A stretch of DNA of 64,000 nucleotides from an uncultured Gammaproteobacteria bacterium (GCA_964597575.1 CAZQXB010000001.1:466111-530110); one strand, 5' to 3'. Positions 29,946 to 40,898 are shown, numbered from the stretch's first letter. The notes: generated from the letters alone by a model not told the origin. Numbers and translations: made by a program.

Positions 29946-30992
29946 ATGTTTTCTAAGTTGTTCGTTGCTCTTTTTACGATTCTCCTTGTTTCGCTGTCGG
30001 CTTGCGCGTTTCGACCAGATTCGCTCATAGCCGAGGAGCCGACGTTGGTCGATGCACAGATCGGTCTCGACACCATCACTGTCGACGGCAACTCGGAAGA
30101 CGCTCAGTCATTCGAAGACGCCGCGGCGCTCGATGGAGGTGCTCACCCTGATACCGGGGGTGGCGATGTCGGCTTTTCAGATGCACAACCGCGTGATGCG
30201 GTAGTGCCTGACGCGAATGCCCCGGACGCAACCGTCCCAACCGACCCGAGTTTCGGGTACGAACGGGTGGTGGCGGGTACGGCGATGCTCGCGAACCCGC
30301 GTCGCTCGGTGACTTTCACCCGTGATCTGTGGGTCAAGCGCACCGAGGTCACTCGGTACGAATGGTGCGTCATCATGGGTCCCGAGGCACCAGATGACTG
30401 CCCCGCAGACGATCGTCCGATCGCAGACGTTCCTCTCGCGCAGATGCTTCTGTATCTCGACCGTCTTTCCGATCGGTTCGGACTCCCGCGATGCTACAAC
30501 GGGTTTTTGAATTATAACCCCACGTGCACCGGGTTCCGACTCCCGTCGGAGCTCGAGTGGGAGTTTGCCGCTCGCGGAACTGAGCAAGACGAGTTCGCAG
30601 GGGCAGTCTGCCAACCAAGCATGAACAACCTGAACCAGTGTGTTCAGGACGTCTGCCTCGAGCCGGTGGCATGGTACTGCCCGAATCGTGTAGCAGGTCC
30701 GCAACCCGTATCCCAGGGACCGACCGCTTCTGGGCCAGTAGCCAACTCAAACGGCCTCGTTCACGTTCATGGAAACGTGTACGAGACGACGCAGGGCTGC
30801 GACGGGCCGCTTGCCACGGGTCCGGTCACTGACCCGCTACCTCCATCATGGCCGTGTGTAGGCAACCGAGTACTTCGTGGCGGTAGCTACGAGGCAATCG
30901 GTAACGAACTCGGGCTTTCGGTCCGGTTCAATGTCTCATTCGGTCACCAGTCATTGTCCGCTGGCTTCCGCCCGGTGCGAAGCGCCAGCTAA
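29946..30992 (+). CDS. FGE-sulfatase (SUMF1) domain lipoprotein
   Basis: Lipobox LSAC; TEVT, FRLPSELEWEFAAR, HGNVYE, RVLRGGS and GFRPVR motifs; GC-rich. Confidence 0.88.
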   Translation: MFSKLFVALFTILLVSLSACAFRPDSLIAEEPTLVDAQIGLDTITVDGNSEDAQSFEDAAALDGGAHPDTGGGDVGFSDAQPRDAVVPDANAPDATVPTDPSFGYERVVAGTAMLANPRRSVTFTRDLWVKRTEVTRYEWCVIMGPEAPDDCPADDRPIADVPLAQMLLYLDRLSDRFGLPRCYNGFLNYNPTCTGFRLPSELEWEFAARGTEQDEFAGAVCQPSMNNLNQCVQDVCLEPVAWYCPNRVAGPQPVSQGPTASGPVANSNGLVHVHGNVYETTQGCDGPLATGPVTDPLPPSWPCVGNRVLRGGSYEAIGNELGLSVRFNVSFGHQSLSAGFRPVRSAS

Positions 30993-31103
30993 TCCCGGCC
31001 AGTCCTGGCCAACCGCCCACGTCATTCGATGTGGGCTTTTCATTAATGTAAATGATCGAAAATAGTTGATAATACGCGAAGAAATCGTTACTATAGAGCG
31101 TAT

Positions 31104-31976
31104 ATGGATGTAAGCGTTATCACCGTCACCTGGAATTCAGCGGATATGATTGAAGCTCAACTTCAGTCTGTTCGAAATGCAGCTGAGGGTGTTTCTTTTG
31201 AACATATTGTCGTTGATAATGCTTCAACCGATGCCACGGTTGAAAAAATTGAACAAAGTGGATTCCCGATTCAACTCTATACACAAACAAAGAATCTTGG
31301 TTTTGCCGGTGGTAATAATATTGGATTTTCCCATGCCACGGGTCGATATATCTTTTTTTTGAATCCTGACATGGCACTTTTGCCTGGAACACTTCAAAAG
31401 GCCGTTCAATTTATGGATGCCCACCCAAATGCGGCTATCAGTTCTGGAGTTTTGAAAGACAAAGACGGTCACTCTTCCTTACTTCTTCGTCCGCGTCTTT
31501 TTCCTCGCCGCCGTGACCAAGTAATGATTTTTTTTAAGCTTCATCGATTGTTTCCAAAAGCAATGAAAATGTATACCGGCGAAACTCTTGATCTGACACA
31601 CGAGCAAAAAGTGGATTCAGTTCGAGGGTCGTGCATGATTGTTCGTCGATCGTTTCTCGATACGCTTGGGTTTGCTTTTGATCCCCGTTATTTTATTTGG
31701 TATGAAGATGTTGATCTGTGTCGCGAAGCGTATGCGCGTGGATACGAGGTGTGGCTCACATCAGCCTTTTCAGCCAGCGATTTTGCCGGAAGAAGTTTTG
31801 CGAAACGTCGTCTGTACTGGAAACAAAAACAATTTACGAAAAGCATGGTTGGGTACGAGAAAAAATGGGGGCATCCTTTTTTTGCGCTCTTTCTTTCTGT
31901 TTGTCGAATTCCACTTTTGGTACTCGCGTGGCTTCACGACGTTTTAGGATTTCGCTCACGTCCTTCACAAATATGA
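31104..31976 (+). CDS. glycosyltransferase family 2
   Basis: VVDNASTD, NLGFA, LNPD and YEDVD motifs. Confidence 0.93.
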   Translation: MDVSVITVTWNSADMIEAQLQSVRNAAEGVSFEHIVVDNASTDATVEKIEQSGFPIQLYTQTKNLGFAGGNNIGFSHATGRYIFFLNPDMALLPGTLQKAVQFMDAHPNAAISSGVLKDKDGHSSLLLRPRLFPRRRDQVMIFFKLHRLFPKAMKMYTGETLDLTHEQKVDSVRGSCMIVRRSFLDTLGFAFDPRYFIWYEDVDLCREAYARGYEVWLTSAFSASDFAGRSFAKRRLYWKQKQFTKSMVGYEKKWGHPFFALFLSVCRIPLLVLAWLHDVLGFRSRPSQI

Positions 31977-33016
31977 AACTTGCTTTTCAGTTGGTCACCT
32001 GGAATAGCGCGGCGTGGCTCCCGTATCTTTTTGCATCGCTCAAAGATCAAACCCTGCTAACAACACTTCCAAAAACAGCATGGAAGTTGTTTGTATTCGA
32101 TAATGGTTCAACTGACAAAAGTGTTGAATATGTCGAAACATTTTCTCAGGAATTTTCTCTTGAACTCATTCAGCATAAAGAAAATATTGGTTTTGCTGCT
32201 GGGCACAATGCTTTATTTCAAAAACATGACGCCGAGTATGTGGTTCTTTTGAATCCTGACATTGTACTCTTGCCTAAAACTCTAGAAAGAATGGTTCAGG
32301 CATTTTCCACCTTACCCAAAGAAACCGCAGCCATTACGCCACGACTCATGCGTGCTCACCCAGCCAATGATGTGGCCTTTCGATCGGTTGATACGGTTGA
32401 TTCTCTTGGGTTACGTGTGCATCGATCAAGGCGCGTTACTGAAATTGGTGGAGGAGAATCGTGGAAAGGACTTGAGGGTTCGTTTGCAAAAGAGGCCGTG
32501 CCTGTGTTCGGGGTGTCAGGTGCGCTTCCGATGTATCGACGAAGTGCGCTTCAGGACGTAGCGTTTTCTTCCGGTGATATTTTTGATCCACTGCATGGTT
32601 CTTATAAAGAAGATGTTGATTTGGCTTTTCGTTTGGTTTCTCGAGGGTATGAAGCGTGTGCGATTCCAAGCATTGTTGCGTATCATGGTCGAGGTATTGC
32701 AGGCGGTCGGGGATACGGTGCTTCTCTTGCACTATCCAAGGGAAAAGAATCATCATTTGCTCGGCTTCTCAGTTATCGCAACCACTGGTACACCATTTTA
32801 AAAAATGAATATACCGAGAATCTCCGCCTTGATTTTTTCGCTCTATTGTGGTATGAACTTACCAAGTTTGGTTGGCATCTCCTGTTTGCTCCGAGAGTGC
32901 TTGCTCAGACGGTTCACGATCTTTGGTTGAACTGGGCGAAACTCATGAAAAATCGTGCGGAAATACAAGAAAAACGCCGTTTATCTGCCTCAGAAGTTCG
33001 TTCGTGGTGGAAGTAG
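31973..33016 (+). CDS. glycosyltransferase family 2
   Basis: DNGSTD, NIGFAAGHN, LNPD and KEDVDL motifs. Confidence 0.92.
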   Translation: MKLAFQLVTWNSAAWLPYLFASLKDQTLLTTLPKTAWKLFVFDNGSTDKSVEYVETFSQEFSLELIQHKENIGFAAGHNALFQKHDAEYVVLLNPDIVLLPKTLERMVQAFSTLPKETAAITPRLMRAHPANDVAFRSVDTVDSLGLRVHRSRRVTEIGGGESWKGLEGSFAKEAVPVFGVSGALPMYRRSALQDVAFSSGDIFDPLHGSYKEDVDLAFRLVSRGYEACAIPSIVAYHGRGIAGGRGYGASLALSKGKESSFARLLSYRNHWYTILKNEYTENLRLDFFALLWYELTKFGWHLLFAPRVLAQTVHDLWLNWAKLMKNRAEIQEKRRLSASEVRSWWK

Positions 33017-33044
33017 TCAGAGAGAAATTTTCCACAAGATACCT

Positions 33045-33890
33045 ATGCTTGATCTCCATATTGTTACCGTCAACTACAAAACAAAAGAAGTTCTGGTAGC
33101 AATGCTTGAGAGCTTGTTTCTTGACCTTAAAAGTTGTTCGTATGCAGTTGCTGTAACCGTCGTTGATAATTCACAAAATTCTGATGGAATTAAAGAAGCG
33201 CTCGCTCAAACTTTTCCTAAAGTGGTGTATAAAGATGCTGGAAATAACCTCGGTTTTGGTCGAGCAAATAACGTGGGGTTTCGTGAACGAGAGGCGCGGT
33301 ATTATTTAGCGCTGAACCCCGATACGCTTCTTCAAGAAGGGGCGAACACCATTACACGGATGATTCAGTTTTTAGATGCGCATCCGAAAATTGGAGCAAT
33401 TGGACCAAAGCTCGTGAATGTCGATGGAACATTGCAGTATGCCTGCTATCGTTTTGACCTTCCTTCCATTTGTGTGAAGCCTCTTAAGTATGTTCCACAG
33501 GGTCATCGGATTGGGCGAATTCGCACCCTCATTGACCGGCTTCACATGGCCGATTTTGATCATAATTCAACTCGGCCAGTTGACTGGGTACTCGGAGCGG
33601 CTCTTATGGTTCGCCGTGAAGTGGTGGAAGAGGTCGGCTTTTTCGACGAGCGCTATTTTATGTATATGGAAGATGCGGACTGGTGCCGTGCCATGTGGGA
33701 AAAAGGGTGGCCGGTCTACTATGTTCATGATATTATCATGACACACCGCTACGCACGTGACTCAGCCAGAATTGCCGGACCCGTCGCCTCGATGCTTAAA
33801 AATAAGCTCGCCCGGATTCATGTGATGAGTTGGCTCAGGTTTTTGTGGAAGTGGCGACGTGCGCATCGTTTTTATGGACACCGTTCCTAA
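33045..33890 (+). CDS. glycosyltransferase family 2
   Basis: VVDNS, NLGFGRANN, LNPD and MEDADW motifs. Confidence 0.92.
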   Translation: MLDLHIVTVNYKTKEVLVAMLESLFLDLKSCSYAVAVTVVDNSQNSDGIKEALAQTFPKVVYKDAGNNLGFGRANNVGFREREARYYLALNPDTLLQEGANTITRMIQFLDAHPKIGAIGPKLVNVDGTLQYACYRFDLPSICVKPLKYVPQGHRIGRIRTLIDRLHMADFDHNSTRPVDWVLGAALMVRREVVEEVGFFDERYFMYMEDADWCRAMWEKGWPVYYVHDIIMTHRYARDSARIAGPVASMLKNKLARIHVMSWLRFLWKWRRAHRFYGHRS

Positions 33891-34971
33891 GGTTGGACTT
33901 ATTTATTTGTCATATCATAGCGAGCCGCACCTCGACGATTTTTTGGCTTCTCTTAAAACAATGGATTATCCAAAAGAAGCGGTAGAGGTTATTATCGTTG
34001 ATAACCCTCATCCAGAATATGGTTTATCGGTTCGTGCTATTTCTGAAAAGTTCCTTCCTCTTTCAGGGAAAGAAATTCCCCGAGTCACACTTCTTCCTCA
34101 AGAAACAAACGAAGGTTTTGCCACGGGCAATAATGCTGGGGTGGTGCGCGCACTTGAGCTCGGGTGTGAGTATCTTATCTTTCATAATGATGACGGCTTT
34201 TTTGCACCATCTGGAGTTTCGAAGCTCGTTCAGGCCATGCAAAAAAACCCAGATATTGGTATGGCCCAGGCTCTTATTCTTCTCTATCCTGATACCGAGT
34301 TTGTAAATAGTCGTGGAAATTCTTTTCATTACCTTGGGTTTGGGTTTTGTGACGGGTATCGGGAGAAGTATGCCGACCTTACGCTTCCCGAGATCAGTGA
34401 TATTTCGTATGCAAGTGGTGCGGCCTGTATTGTTTCGTCAAAAGTCATACAGGCTGGCGGGGGATGGGATCCAGATTATTTCATGTATCACGAAGATCTC
34501 GATTGGTCGCTCCGTCTTCGTTTGCTTGGATTTCGTGTTGCGCTCATTCGCGATGCTGTGTTTTACCATAAATACCAATTTAGTCGGAGCATCACGAAGT
34601 TTTTTTATCAGCAAAGAAATCGCTACGCGGTTCTTTTGCTTTTTTATAAAATTCCTACGCTCATTCTCCTTTTGCCGATGCTTCTTTTTATCGAGCTTGG
34701 TCTTTGGGTATTTGCTTTTAAGAATCACTGGGTTCAAAAGCAAAAACAAGTGTATACGTATTGGGCAAAAAAAGCATCGTGGCATCTGTGGCTCAAAAAG
34801 CGAAAGCATATTCAGTCTGCGCGAGTTGTTTCCGACCGTACATTGCTTCGTTTTTCTGTCCCCGTTATCCTTTTTCAGGAGGCCATGATGAAAAACGCTC
34901 TGCTCCTTTATGTGGGAAATCCGCTTATGCGGATCTATTACCACTTGATTCGTTTCATCGTTTGGTGGTAA
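33874..34971 (+). CDS. glycosyltransferase family 2
   Basis: IVDN, GFATGNN, SGAAC and HEDLDW motifs. Confidence 0.9.
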   Translation: MDTVPKVGLIYLSYHSEPHLDDFLASLKTMDYPKEAVEVIIVDNPHPEYGLSVRAISEKFLPLSGKEIPRVTLLPQETNEGFATGNNAGVVRALELGCEYLIFHNDDGFFAPSGVSKLVQAMQKNPDIGMAQALILLYPDTEFVNSRGNSFHYLGFGFCDGYREKYADLTLPEISDISYASGAACIVSSKVIQAGGGWDPDYFMYHEDLDWSLRLRLLGFRVALIRDAVFYHKYQFSRSITKFFYQQRNRYAVLLLFYKIPTLILLLPMLLFIELGLWVFAFKNHWVQKQKQVYTYWAKKASWHLWLKKRKHIQSARVVSDRTLLRFSVPVILFQEAMMKNALLLYVGNPLMRIYYHLIRFIVWW

Positions 34972-34975
34972 AAGA

Positions 34976-36085
34976 ATGAATATGAAGATTACGAAAGCCA
35001 TTCTCACAGGAGGGGGTCGGGCCACACGCCTGCAGCCAATTACCTCTACCATTAATAAACATCTCCTCCCACTCGCAAATAAGCCGATGATTTTTCATGC
35101 CATAGAAAAAGTAGTGGATGCGGGCATTACGGATATTTTTATTAATGTAAATCCCGGGGACACGGAATTTGCAAAGCAAGTTGGGGATGGCGGACATTGG
35201 GGAATCCGGATTACCTATTTTGAACAAACTGGTGGGCCACAGGGGATTGCGCATGTGGTAAACGAAGCCAAAAAGTTTATTGGCGATGATCCATTTGTGT
35301 TTTACCTTTCGGATAATATTTTGCTTGGATCGGTGAAAGACATGATTCGTGAGTTCGAGAACGGCAAATACGATTGTATGCTGGCCCTTTCACAGGTTCC
35401 AGACCCTGAGCGTTTTGGAGTACCGATTTTTTCTCCGGAGGGAACATTGGTTGATGTGGTTGAGAAGCCAGCTAAGGCACCAAATCATTTTGCGGTGACT
35501 GGAATTTATGTTTACGGACCAAAAATATTTTACGAGGCGTTTCAGCATATTAAGAAAAGCACTCGCGGGGAATATGAGATTTCTGATATCCATTCGTATT
35601 TTTTGAAAAATGGAAAAAAGGTGGGATATAAAGAAATTACCGGTTGGTGGAAAGACACCGGGAAACCGGAGGACCTCTTGCTTGCAAACCAACTTCTTCT
35701 TGATATGCAACCAGAACAGGCTTGGTCGCGTATGGGAAACATTGATTCGAGTGCCCACATTGAGGGGAAAGTAATGATTGGCCAGGGAACAGTGATTGGT
35801 CCGAACAGCACGATTCGCGGGCCTGTGGTTATTGGGGAACACGCTGAAATAAAAAATGCGAATATTGGTCCCTATGTTACGCTTGGTCGCAGCACCAAAG
35901 TGGATGGGGTCACGATTGCCAATACTATGGTATTTGATCAAGCCGTCATAACTGGCGGAGCATCTATTGCTGATAGTTTAATTGGAAAAGCCGCGAATCT
36001 TCATTTGCCAAAAGAAAGTGGCATCACCAAAAAATTGATTGTAGGGGATAAGACCGTGATCCAAGATATTTCTTCACATACATAG
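34976..36085 (+). CDS. glucose-1-phosphate thymidylyltransferase, long form
   Basis: GGRATRL, KHLLPLANKPM, VEKP, RGEYEI and WWKDTG motifs; C-terminal hexapeptide repeats. Confidence 0.9.
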   Translation: MNMKITKAILTGGGRATRLQPITSTINKHLLPLANKPMIFHAIEKVVDAGITDIFINVNPGDTEFAKQVGDGGHWGIRITYFEQTGGPQGIAHVVNEAKKFIGDDPFVFYLSDNILLGSVKDMIREFENGKYDCMLALSQVPDPERFGVPIFSPEGTLVDVVEKPAKAPNHFAVTGIYVYGPKIFYEAFQHIKKSTRGEYEISDIHSYFLKNGKKVGYKEITGWWKDTGKPEDLLLANQLLLDMQPEQAWSRMGNIDSSAHIEGKVMIGQGTVIGPNSTIRGPVVIGEHAEIKNANIGPYVTLGRSTKVDGVTIANTMVFDQAVITGGASIADSLIGKAANLHLPKESGITKKLIVGDKTVIQDISSHT

Positions 36086-36131
36086 CGTGTATCCGGTCGG
36101 TCGCAAAAGCCCCTGTGCCTTTTTTGCGAAA

Positions 36132-37508
36132 CTATTTTACAAGCGGCAAGGAGTAAAGCTGAACCCCTTCTGCGTTTGGAGAAAAAAGAAATGTGAGATG
36201 GTTGCCACGGTGGGTGGTCATAAGTTCGGTGATGGTTGATCCGCTAAATAATTCTGTGGTTACCAGATCATCTTCGCGGATAAGAAGAATTTTTTTGTCA
36301 CTGAATAAGGCGACGCTCGAAAAACGAGGCAACGGCGTTATGCTCTGAATGGCGCTTCCTAAACGGTTAAGGAGCATCGTCTCTCCGGTTGGGCTGATGG
36401 CCCACAGCTCACTTCCGCTTGCAATATACGCCTTCGATGTTTCGCTGTTTATGCGGCTGTCAGCCACGTCGCGGAAAAGTTTTGTTTCTTTATTCTGCCG
36501 AGAGATAAGTTGGATTTGAGCACCACTTTCGACGAGAAGGTGGCTATCGGTGATAAGAAGAAAACGAGTAATAATTAACCCAGGGGTGTTATATCGTTCA
36601 GTGACTCTGCCATTCACGATTTGCTCAACACCTCCTTCGTGCTCCCTCCACAAAAATCCTTGACCATCGTATGCCCAGGTATTTGTTGGTGCTTCGGCAA
36701 CCGCAGTTTTTACATTATTCTCGACGCTAAAAATCGTTGAGCTGCTCGACACAAAAAATTTTGCTCTTTCTCGGGTTTTTGGATCCGGCCAGACGATTCT
36801 CTCTAGACGAACGGGTTCTTCAAAAGGAAAAACAACGGGCGCAAATTCTTGTTCTGCTGAAAAAAATAACGCGTGATCGCTTGAGGTTGTGGAAAGTACC
36901 AGAATAAACTCTTCTGTCCGTGGAGACCAAGATTCTACTGAGATGGCGGCCTGATCGCGAACTAAGGATTCCAGAGTTTCTCGTTCCGTGTCGTAGAGAT
37001 AGGCCACAGAAAGTCCTTCGTCGTGGCCAGTGAGAAGTACATATCGGCCCGACGGCGAAACACTGCTTTTTTCGATACGAAACTCGAGATCACTTAGTTT
37101 AATAGGGAGTGTTTTCGGCAGTAACCGTACATCTCGAACGTAGGTTGTTTGGTTGCTTTGAATGGAGATATCTTTTACAAACGTGTGGTAGCCGGGGTTT
37201 GTGAGCGTGAGTTTATAGGTACCCGGAGCGCGGTTTTTTAATTCGTATGAAGCCATGTCTCGGGAGAGAAGGGGAATGTTTGCTTGGCTCTCTCCGATAG
37301 GTGTTTCGCCAAGAAGGACATGAGTATCTCTCGGTGAAACATCGATACTGAGCACTCCCGTCGCTTGAATTCTTTTTGTGGTCCAGTCATAACGATACCC
37401 AGCGGTATACATGATGACAAGCGGGGAAATGATAAAAAAAAGACCGACAAGAAAGTAGAAAATGCCGCGTCGCCATGGGCGAGTCAAGAAGATTTTAGGG
37501 TAACTCAT
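36132..37508 (-). CDS. PEGA-domain membrane-anchored protein
   Basis: N-terminal TM, YTAGYR, PGTYKLTL..PGY, propeller-like C-terminus. Confidence 0.75.
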   Translation of the reverse strand: MSYPKIFLTRPWRRGIFYFLVGLFFIISPLVIMYTAGYRYDWTTKRIQATGVLSIDVSPRDTHVLLGETPIGESQANIPLLSRDMASYELKNRAPGTYKLTLTNPGYHTFVKDISIQSNQTTYVRDVRLLPKTLPIKLSDLEFRIEKSSVSPSGRYVLLTGHDEGLSVAYLYDTERETLESLVRDQAAISVESWSPRTEEFILVLSTTSSDHALFFSAEQEFAPVVFPFEEPVRLERIVWPDPKTRERAKFFVSSSSTIFSVENNVKTAVAEAPTNTWAYDGQGFLWREHEGGVEQIVNGRVTERYNTPGLIITRFLLITDSHLLVESGAQIQLISRQNKETKLFRDVADSRINSETSKAYIASGSELWAISPTGETMLLNRLGSAIQSITPLPRFSSVALFSDKKILLIREDDLVTTELFSGSTITELMTTHRGNHLTFLFSPNAEGVQLYSLPLVK

Positions 37509-37596
37509 AGAACCCGGAAAGTTTTTGCCTTTTTTTTCTGCTCCTTGTATACTGACACCATATCAAAATTTTCTTCTTTCGTGAAGGCCTATACGT

Positions 37597-38850
37597 ATGT
37601 CGATTGAACAACCGCGTAACCATGGAGTTCGCCGAGCGCTTCTTATTCTTATTATTTTTGGTATAGGGGTGGTGTTCGGTCGCATGTGGGAAATAAGAAG
37701 CTTGCGCAATCGTGAAGTTGCGTCTATTACTCAAGTTCTTAATTTGTACGGAAAAACCCGCTCGTCGAGTGTTGATTTTGAGCAGTTTTGGGATATTTGG
37801 AAAGTGGTGAAAGAGGCGTATGTTGACCAGCCGGTTGATGACGTAACATTATTTTACGGAGCTCTCGAGGGAATGGTTCATGCCCTTGGCGACCCGTATT
37901 CCATGTACTTACCTCCAACAGAAGCTCAGGAATTTGCTTCCAGTTTAGCCGGGGAATTCGATGGTATTGGGGCAGAAATTGGTTTTGAAGGGGAGGAGAT
38001 GGTTATTATTACTCCACTTCCTGATAGTCCGGCAGAGCGTGCTGGGCTTCGTGCCGGGGACCGTATTCTCAAAATTAATGCTGAAGAAACCTTCCGCATG
38101 TCGCTCGGTGACGCAGTTACCAAGATTCGTGGTAAGGGCGGTACAACTGTATCACTCACCGTTCTTCGTCCTGGGGAAAAGGAATTGCGCGAGGTCAGTA
38201 TTGTGCGAGCTACAATTACCGTACCGTCGGTTGAGTATAGCCTCAAGAAGAATGGTTCGGTGGCGTATATTCGTTTGAATCAGTTTAATGATGACACCTG
38301 GCCTGAGTTTGATAAGGCCGTAAAAGACCTTTTGAAGAAAGGTGTTACGGGTGTCGTACTTGATTTACGAGGCAACCCAGGAGGATATTTGGAAACCGCA
38401 ATTCAAGTGGCCAGTGAATGGGTAAAAACCGGTACCATTGTGCGTGAACGAAATGGAAAGGGCGAAGAGGTACTCCATGAAACAGTCGGGGCACATCGAT
38501 TGGTTGGTATGCCAACGGTGGTTCTTGTTGATAACGGCTCGGCATCGGGCTCAGAAATTGTGGCCGGTGCGCTTAAAGATTATGCGGTCGCAAAGATTAT
38601 GGGAGAGAAAACATTTGGAAAAGGATCCGTTCAAGATTTTGGCCCACTTCCCGATAGTTCTGCTTTAAAAATTACTATTGCACGTTGGTTTACCCCACTC
38701 AATAATGGTATTGATAAAACAGGAATCGAACCGGACCAGGTGATTGTGGACATGTACACCGACCCTGCGTACCCCACATCAACTGCCCGGTATGGAGAGG
38801 AAAAGAAAGACAAAGGGCTAGATGTCGCTCTCAGTTCACTCGCGGAATAA
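37597..38850 (+). CDS. S41 carboxyl-terminal processing protease
   Basis: GDPYS, PDZ domain, DLRGNPGG, SASGSEI and TFGKGSVQ motifs. Confidence 0.95.
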   Translation: MSIEQPRNHGVRRALLILIIFGIGVVFGRMWEIRSLRNREVASITQVLNLYGKTRSSSVDFEQFWDIWKVVKEAYVDQPVDDVTLFYGALEGMVHALGDPYSMYLPPTEAQEFASSLAGEFDGIGAEIGFEGEEMVIITPLPDSPAERAGLRAGDRILKINAEETFRMSLGDAVTKIRGKGGTTVSLTVLRPGEKELREVSIVRATITVPSVEYSLKKNGSVAYIRLNQFNDDTWPEFDKAVKDLLKKGVTGVVLDLRGNPGGYLETAIQVASEWVKTGTIVRERNGKGEEVLHETVGAHRLVGMPTVVLVDNGSASGSEIVAGALKDYAVAKIMGEKTFGKGSVQDFGPLPDSSALKITIARWFTPLNNGIDKTGIEPDQVIVDMYTDPAYPTSTARYGEEKKDKGLDVALSSLAE

Positions 38851-38873
38851 AAAGAAGTCTTCTTTTCACTTGT

Positions 38874-39293
38874 ATGATGAAAACACCAGAGCATAATGGA
38901 GTTCATGGGAGCGAGCCTTTGGTTCACCCGCTTTCAGATCATCAGAGTTTAACGTATTCACAAAGAGCTGCCGACTGGGTTACCCAAAATCTTGGGAGTT
39001 GGCGTTTTATCTTAGGTTTTTTGGTGTATCTGGTTCTTTGGATTGTGCTTAATGTTCTCGCCTGGTTTGAGGGTTGGGATCCGTATCCATTTATTCTTCT
39101 TAATCTGACGCTGTCATGCATCGCTGCCCTTCAGGCCCCGATTATCCTTATGAGCCAAAATCGGCAGGCAGAGCGCGATCGGTTAACCGCAAAATACGAT
39201 TACGCCGTCGACCGTAAAGCAGAGCGAGAGATCCGTATCCTGGTTGAGGAAGTGCGCGAACTTCGACGTCTTCTCGAAAAAAAGGAAAAGTAG
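38874..39293 (+). CDS. DUF1003 membrane protein
   Basis: GSWRFI, DPYPFILLNL and APIILMSQNRQ motifs. Confidence 0.92.
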   Translation: MMKTPEHNGVHGSEPLVHPLSDHQSLTYSQRAADWVTQNLGSWRFILGFLVYLVLWIVLNVLAWFEGWDPYPFILLNLTLSCIAALQAPIILMSQNRQAERDRLTAKYDYAVDRKAEREIRILVEEVRELRRLLEKKEK

Positions 39294-39385
39294 TACTCTT
39301 GCTAGGTACCCCTACCACTTTCACAAAATAGCTTTTTGTGAAATACAAGGACTCTCAATTAGAGGGATTTTGATTATTCATTTTT

Positions 39386-40108
39386 ATGCAGGCACTGAAG
39401 ATTGATCATCTAGTAAAAAAATACGGCCAAAAAACAGCCGTGAACGATATTTCTTTTTCCGTGAACGAAGGAGAATTTTTTGGATTCCTTGGTCCGAATG
39501 GTGCAGGGAAGACCACGACGATTCATATGACCACGGGGGTGGCGAAGATTACGAGTGGGACGATTGAGGTCTTCGGACACGATGTAGAAAAAGAGTATCG
39601 TGAAGCAAGAAAACTTATTGGACTGTCGCCGCAGGATTTTAATGTAGATATTTTTGCTCCGGTAGAAAAGATTCTATGGTTTGTTGGTGGGTACTATGGC
39701 ATGACGAGAGGTGAGCGACAAAAACGCATTCCCGAACTTTTGAAACGGTTTGATCTTTTTGAACACAAAGATAAGCCATTTATGGCGCTTTCTGGTGGGC
39801 AAAAACGTCGTGTGGTTTTGGCCCGTGCCATGATTCATGATCCAAAACTGCTGATTCTTGATGAGCCAACCGCTGGGATTGATGTGGAGCTTCGTCATGA
39901 TTTGTGGAAATATCTTCGAGAAATTAACGAACAGGGGAAAACTATTATTTTGACCTCTCACTATTTAGAAGAAGTGGAACTTTTGTGTAACCGTATTGCG
40001 ATTGTGGCAAATGGTGGAATTGTGGCAATCGGGGATAAGAAAGATTTTACTGAGGGTGGAAAAAAACTTGAAGAAACGTATCTTTCACTCACCAAAAAAA
40101 CTGTCTAA
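39386..40108 (+). CDS. ABC transporter ATP-binding protein
   Basis: GPNGAGKTT, LSGGQKRR and LDEPTAG motifs. Confidence 0.95.
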   Translation: MQALKIDHLVKKYGQKTAVNDISFSVNEGEFFGFLGPNGAGKTTTIHMTTGVAKITSGTIEVFGHDVEKEYREARKLIGLSPQDFNVDIFAPVEKILWFVGGYYGMTRGERQKRIPELLKRFDLFEHKDKPFMALSGGQKRRVVLARAMIHDPKLLILDEPTAGIDVELRHDLWKYLREINEQGKTIILTSHYLEEVELLCNRIAIVANGGIVAIGDKKDFTEGGKKLEETYLSLTKKTV

Positions 40109-40109
40109 T

Positions 40110-40871
40110 ATGAATGCTATCGGCTTATACACGTTCATTGCCCGTGAGACCCAGCGGTTATCACGTATCTATATCCAAACACTCGTGGCGCCACTCATCA
40201 ATGCCGTCCTCTACATTGTGATTTTCGGGTATGTGGTCGGATCACGCATTGGTTCGTTTGGCGAGGTGCGTTACATTGAGTTTGTCTTACCAGGCGTGCT
40301 CATGCTCAACCTGATCGGGTCATCATTTGCACACTCTTCAACATCGCTCTATATGGGGCGGTGGGCCAAGGCAATTGAGGAGGTTCTTGTTGCACCCTTA
40401 TCGTATCTTGAAATGATTATTGGTTTTGTTGTGGGTGGGCTTATCCGTGGAATTATTGTGGCTGGAAGTATTTATCTCGTAGCCATTCTTTTTGGTGCAG
40501 CAACCATGGCTCATATTGGATGGTTTTTGTTCTACACGGTTGCTGTTGCTATTATTTTTTCTCTTCTCGGTCTCCTTGTCGGTCTTTGGGCAAATAACTT
40601 CGAGCAGTTGTCGGTGTTGAATACCTTCTTTATTACGCCGCTGACATTTCTCGGGGGAGTGTTCAATTCGATTACGATGATGCCAGAAAAAGTGCAGTGG
40701 TTGGTTCGTTTAAATCCGTTTTTCTACTTTGTGGATGGCCTGAGGTATTCCATGATTGGAATTAGCGAGGCGAATATGACCGTTGGCTTACTCATAATTT
40801 TTGGGCTTATTTTAGCGCTCGGAGGCCTGGTGTGGAAGCTCTTTGCGATAGGCTGGAGAATTCGGGTGTAG
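40110..40871 (+). CDS. ABC-2 type permease
   Basis: Six TM helices; TPLTFLGGVF and NPFFY motifs. Confidence 0.92.
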   Translation: MNAIGLYTFIARETQRLSRIYIQTLVAPLINAVLYIVIFGYVVGSRIGSFGEVRYIEFVLPGVLMLNLIGSSFAHSSTSLYMGRWAKAIEEVLVAPLSYLEMIIGFVVGGLIRGIIVAGSIYLVAILFGAATMAHIGWFLFYTVAVAIIFSLLGLLVGLWANNFEQLSVLNTFFITPLTFLGGVFNSITMMPEKVQWLVRLNPFFYFVDGLRYSMIGISEANMTVGLLIIFGLILALGGLVWKLFAIGWRIRV

Positions 40872-40898
40872 GAAGAAAATGGGTGTATAAAGGGCACC

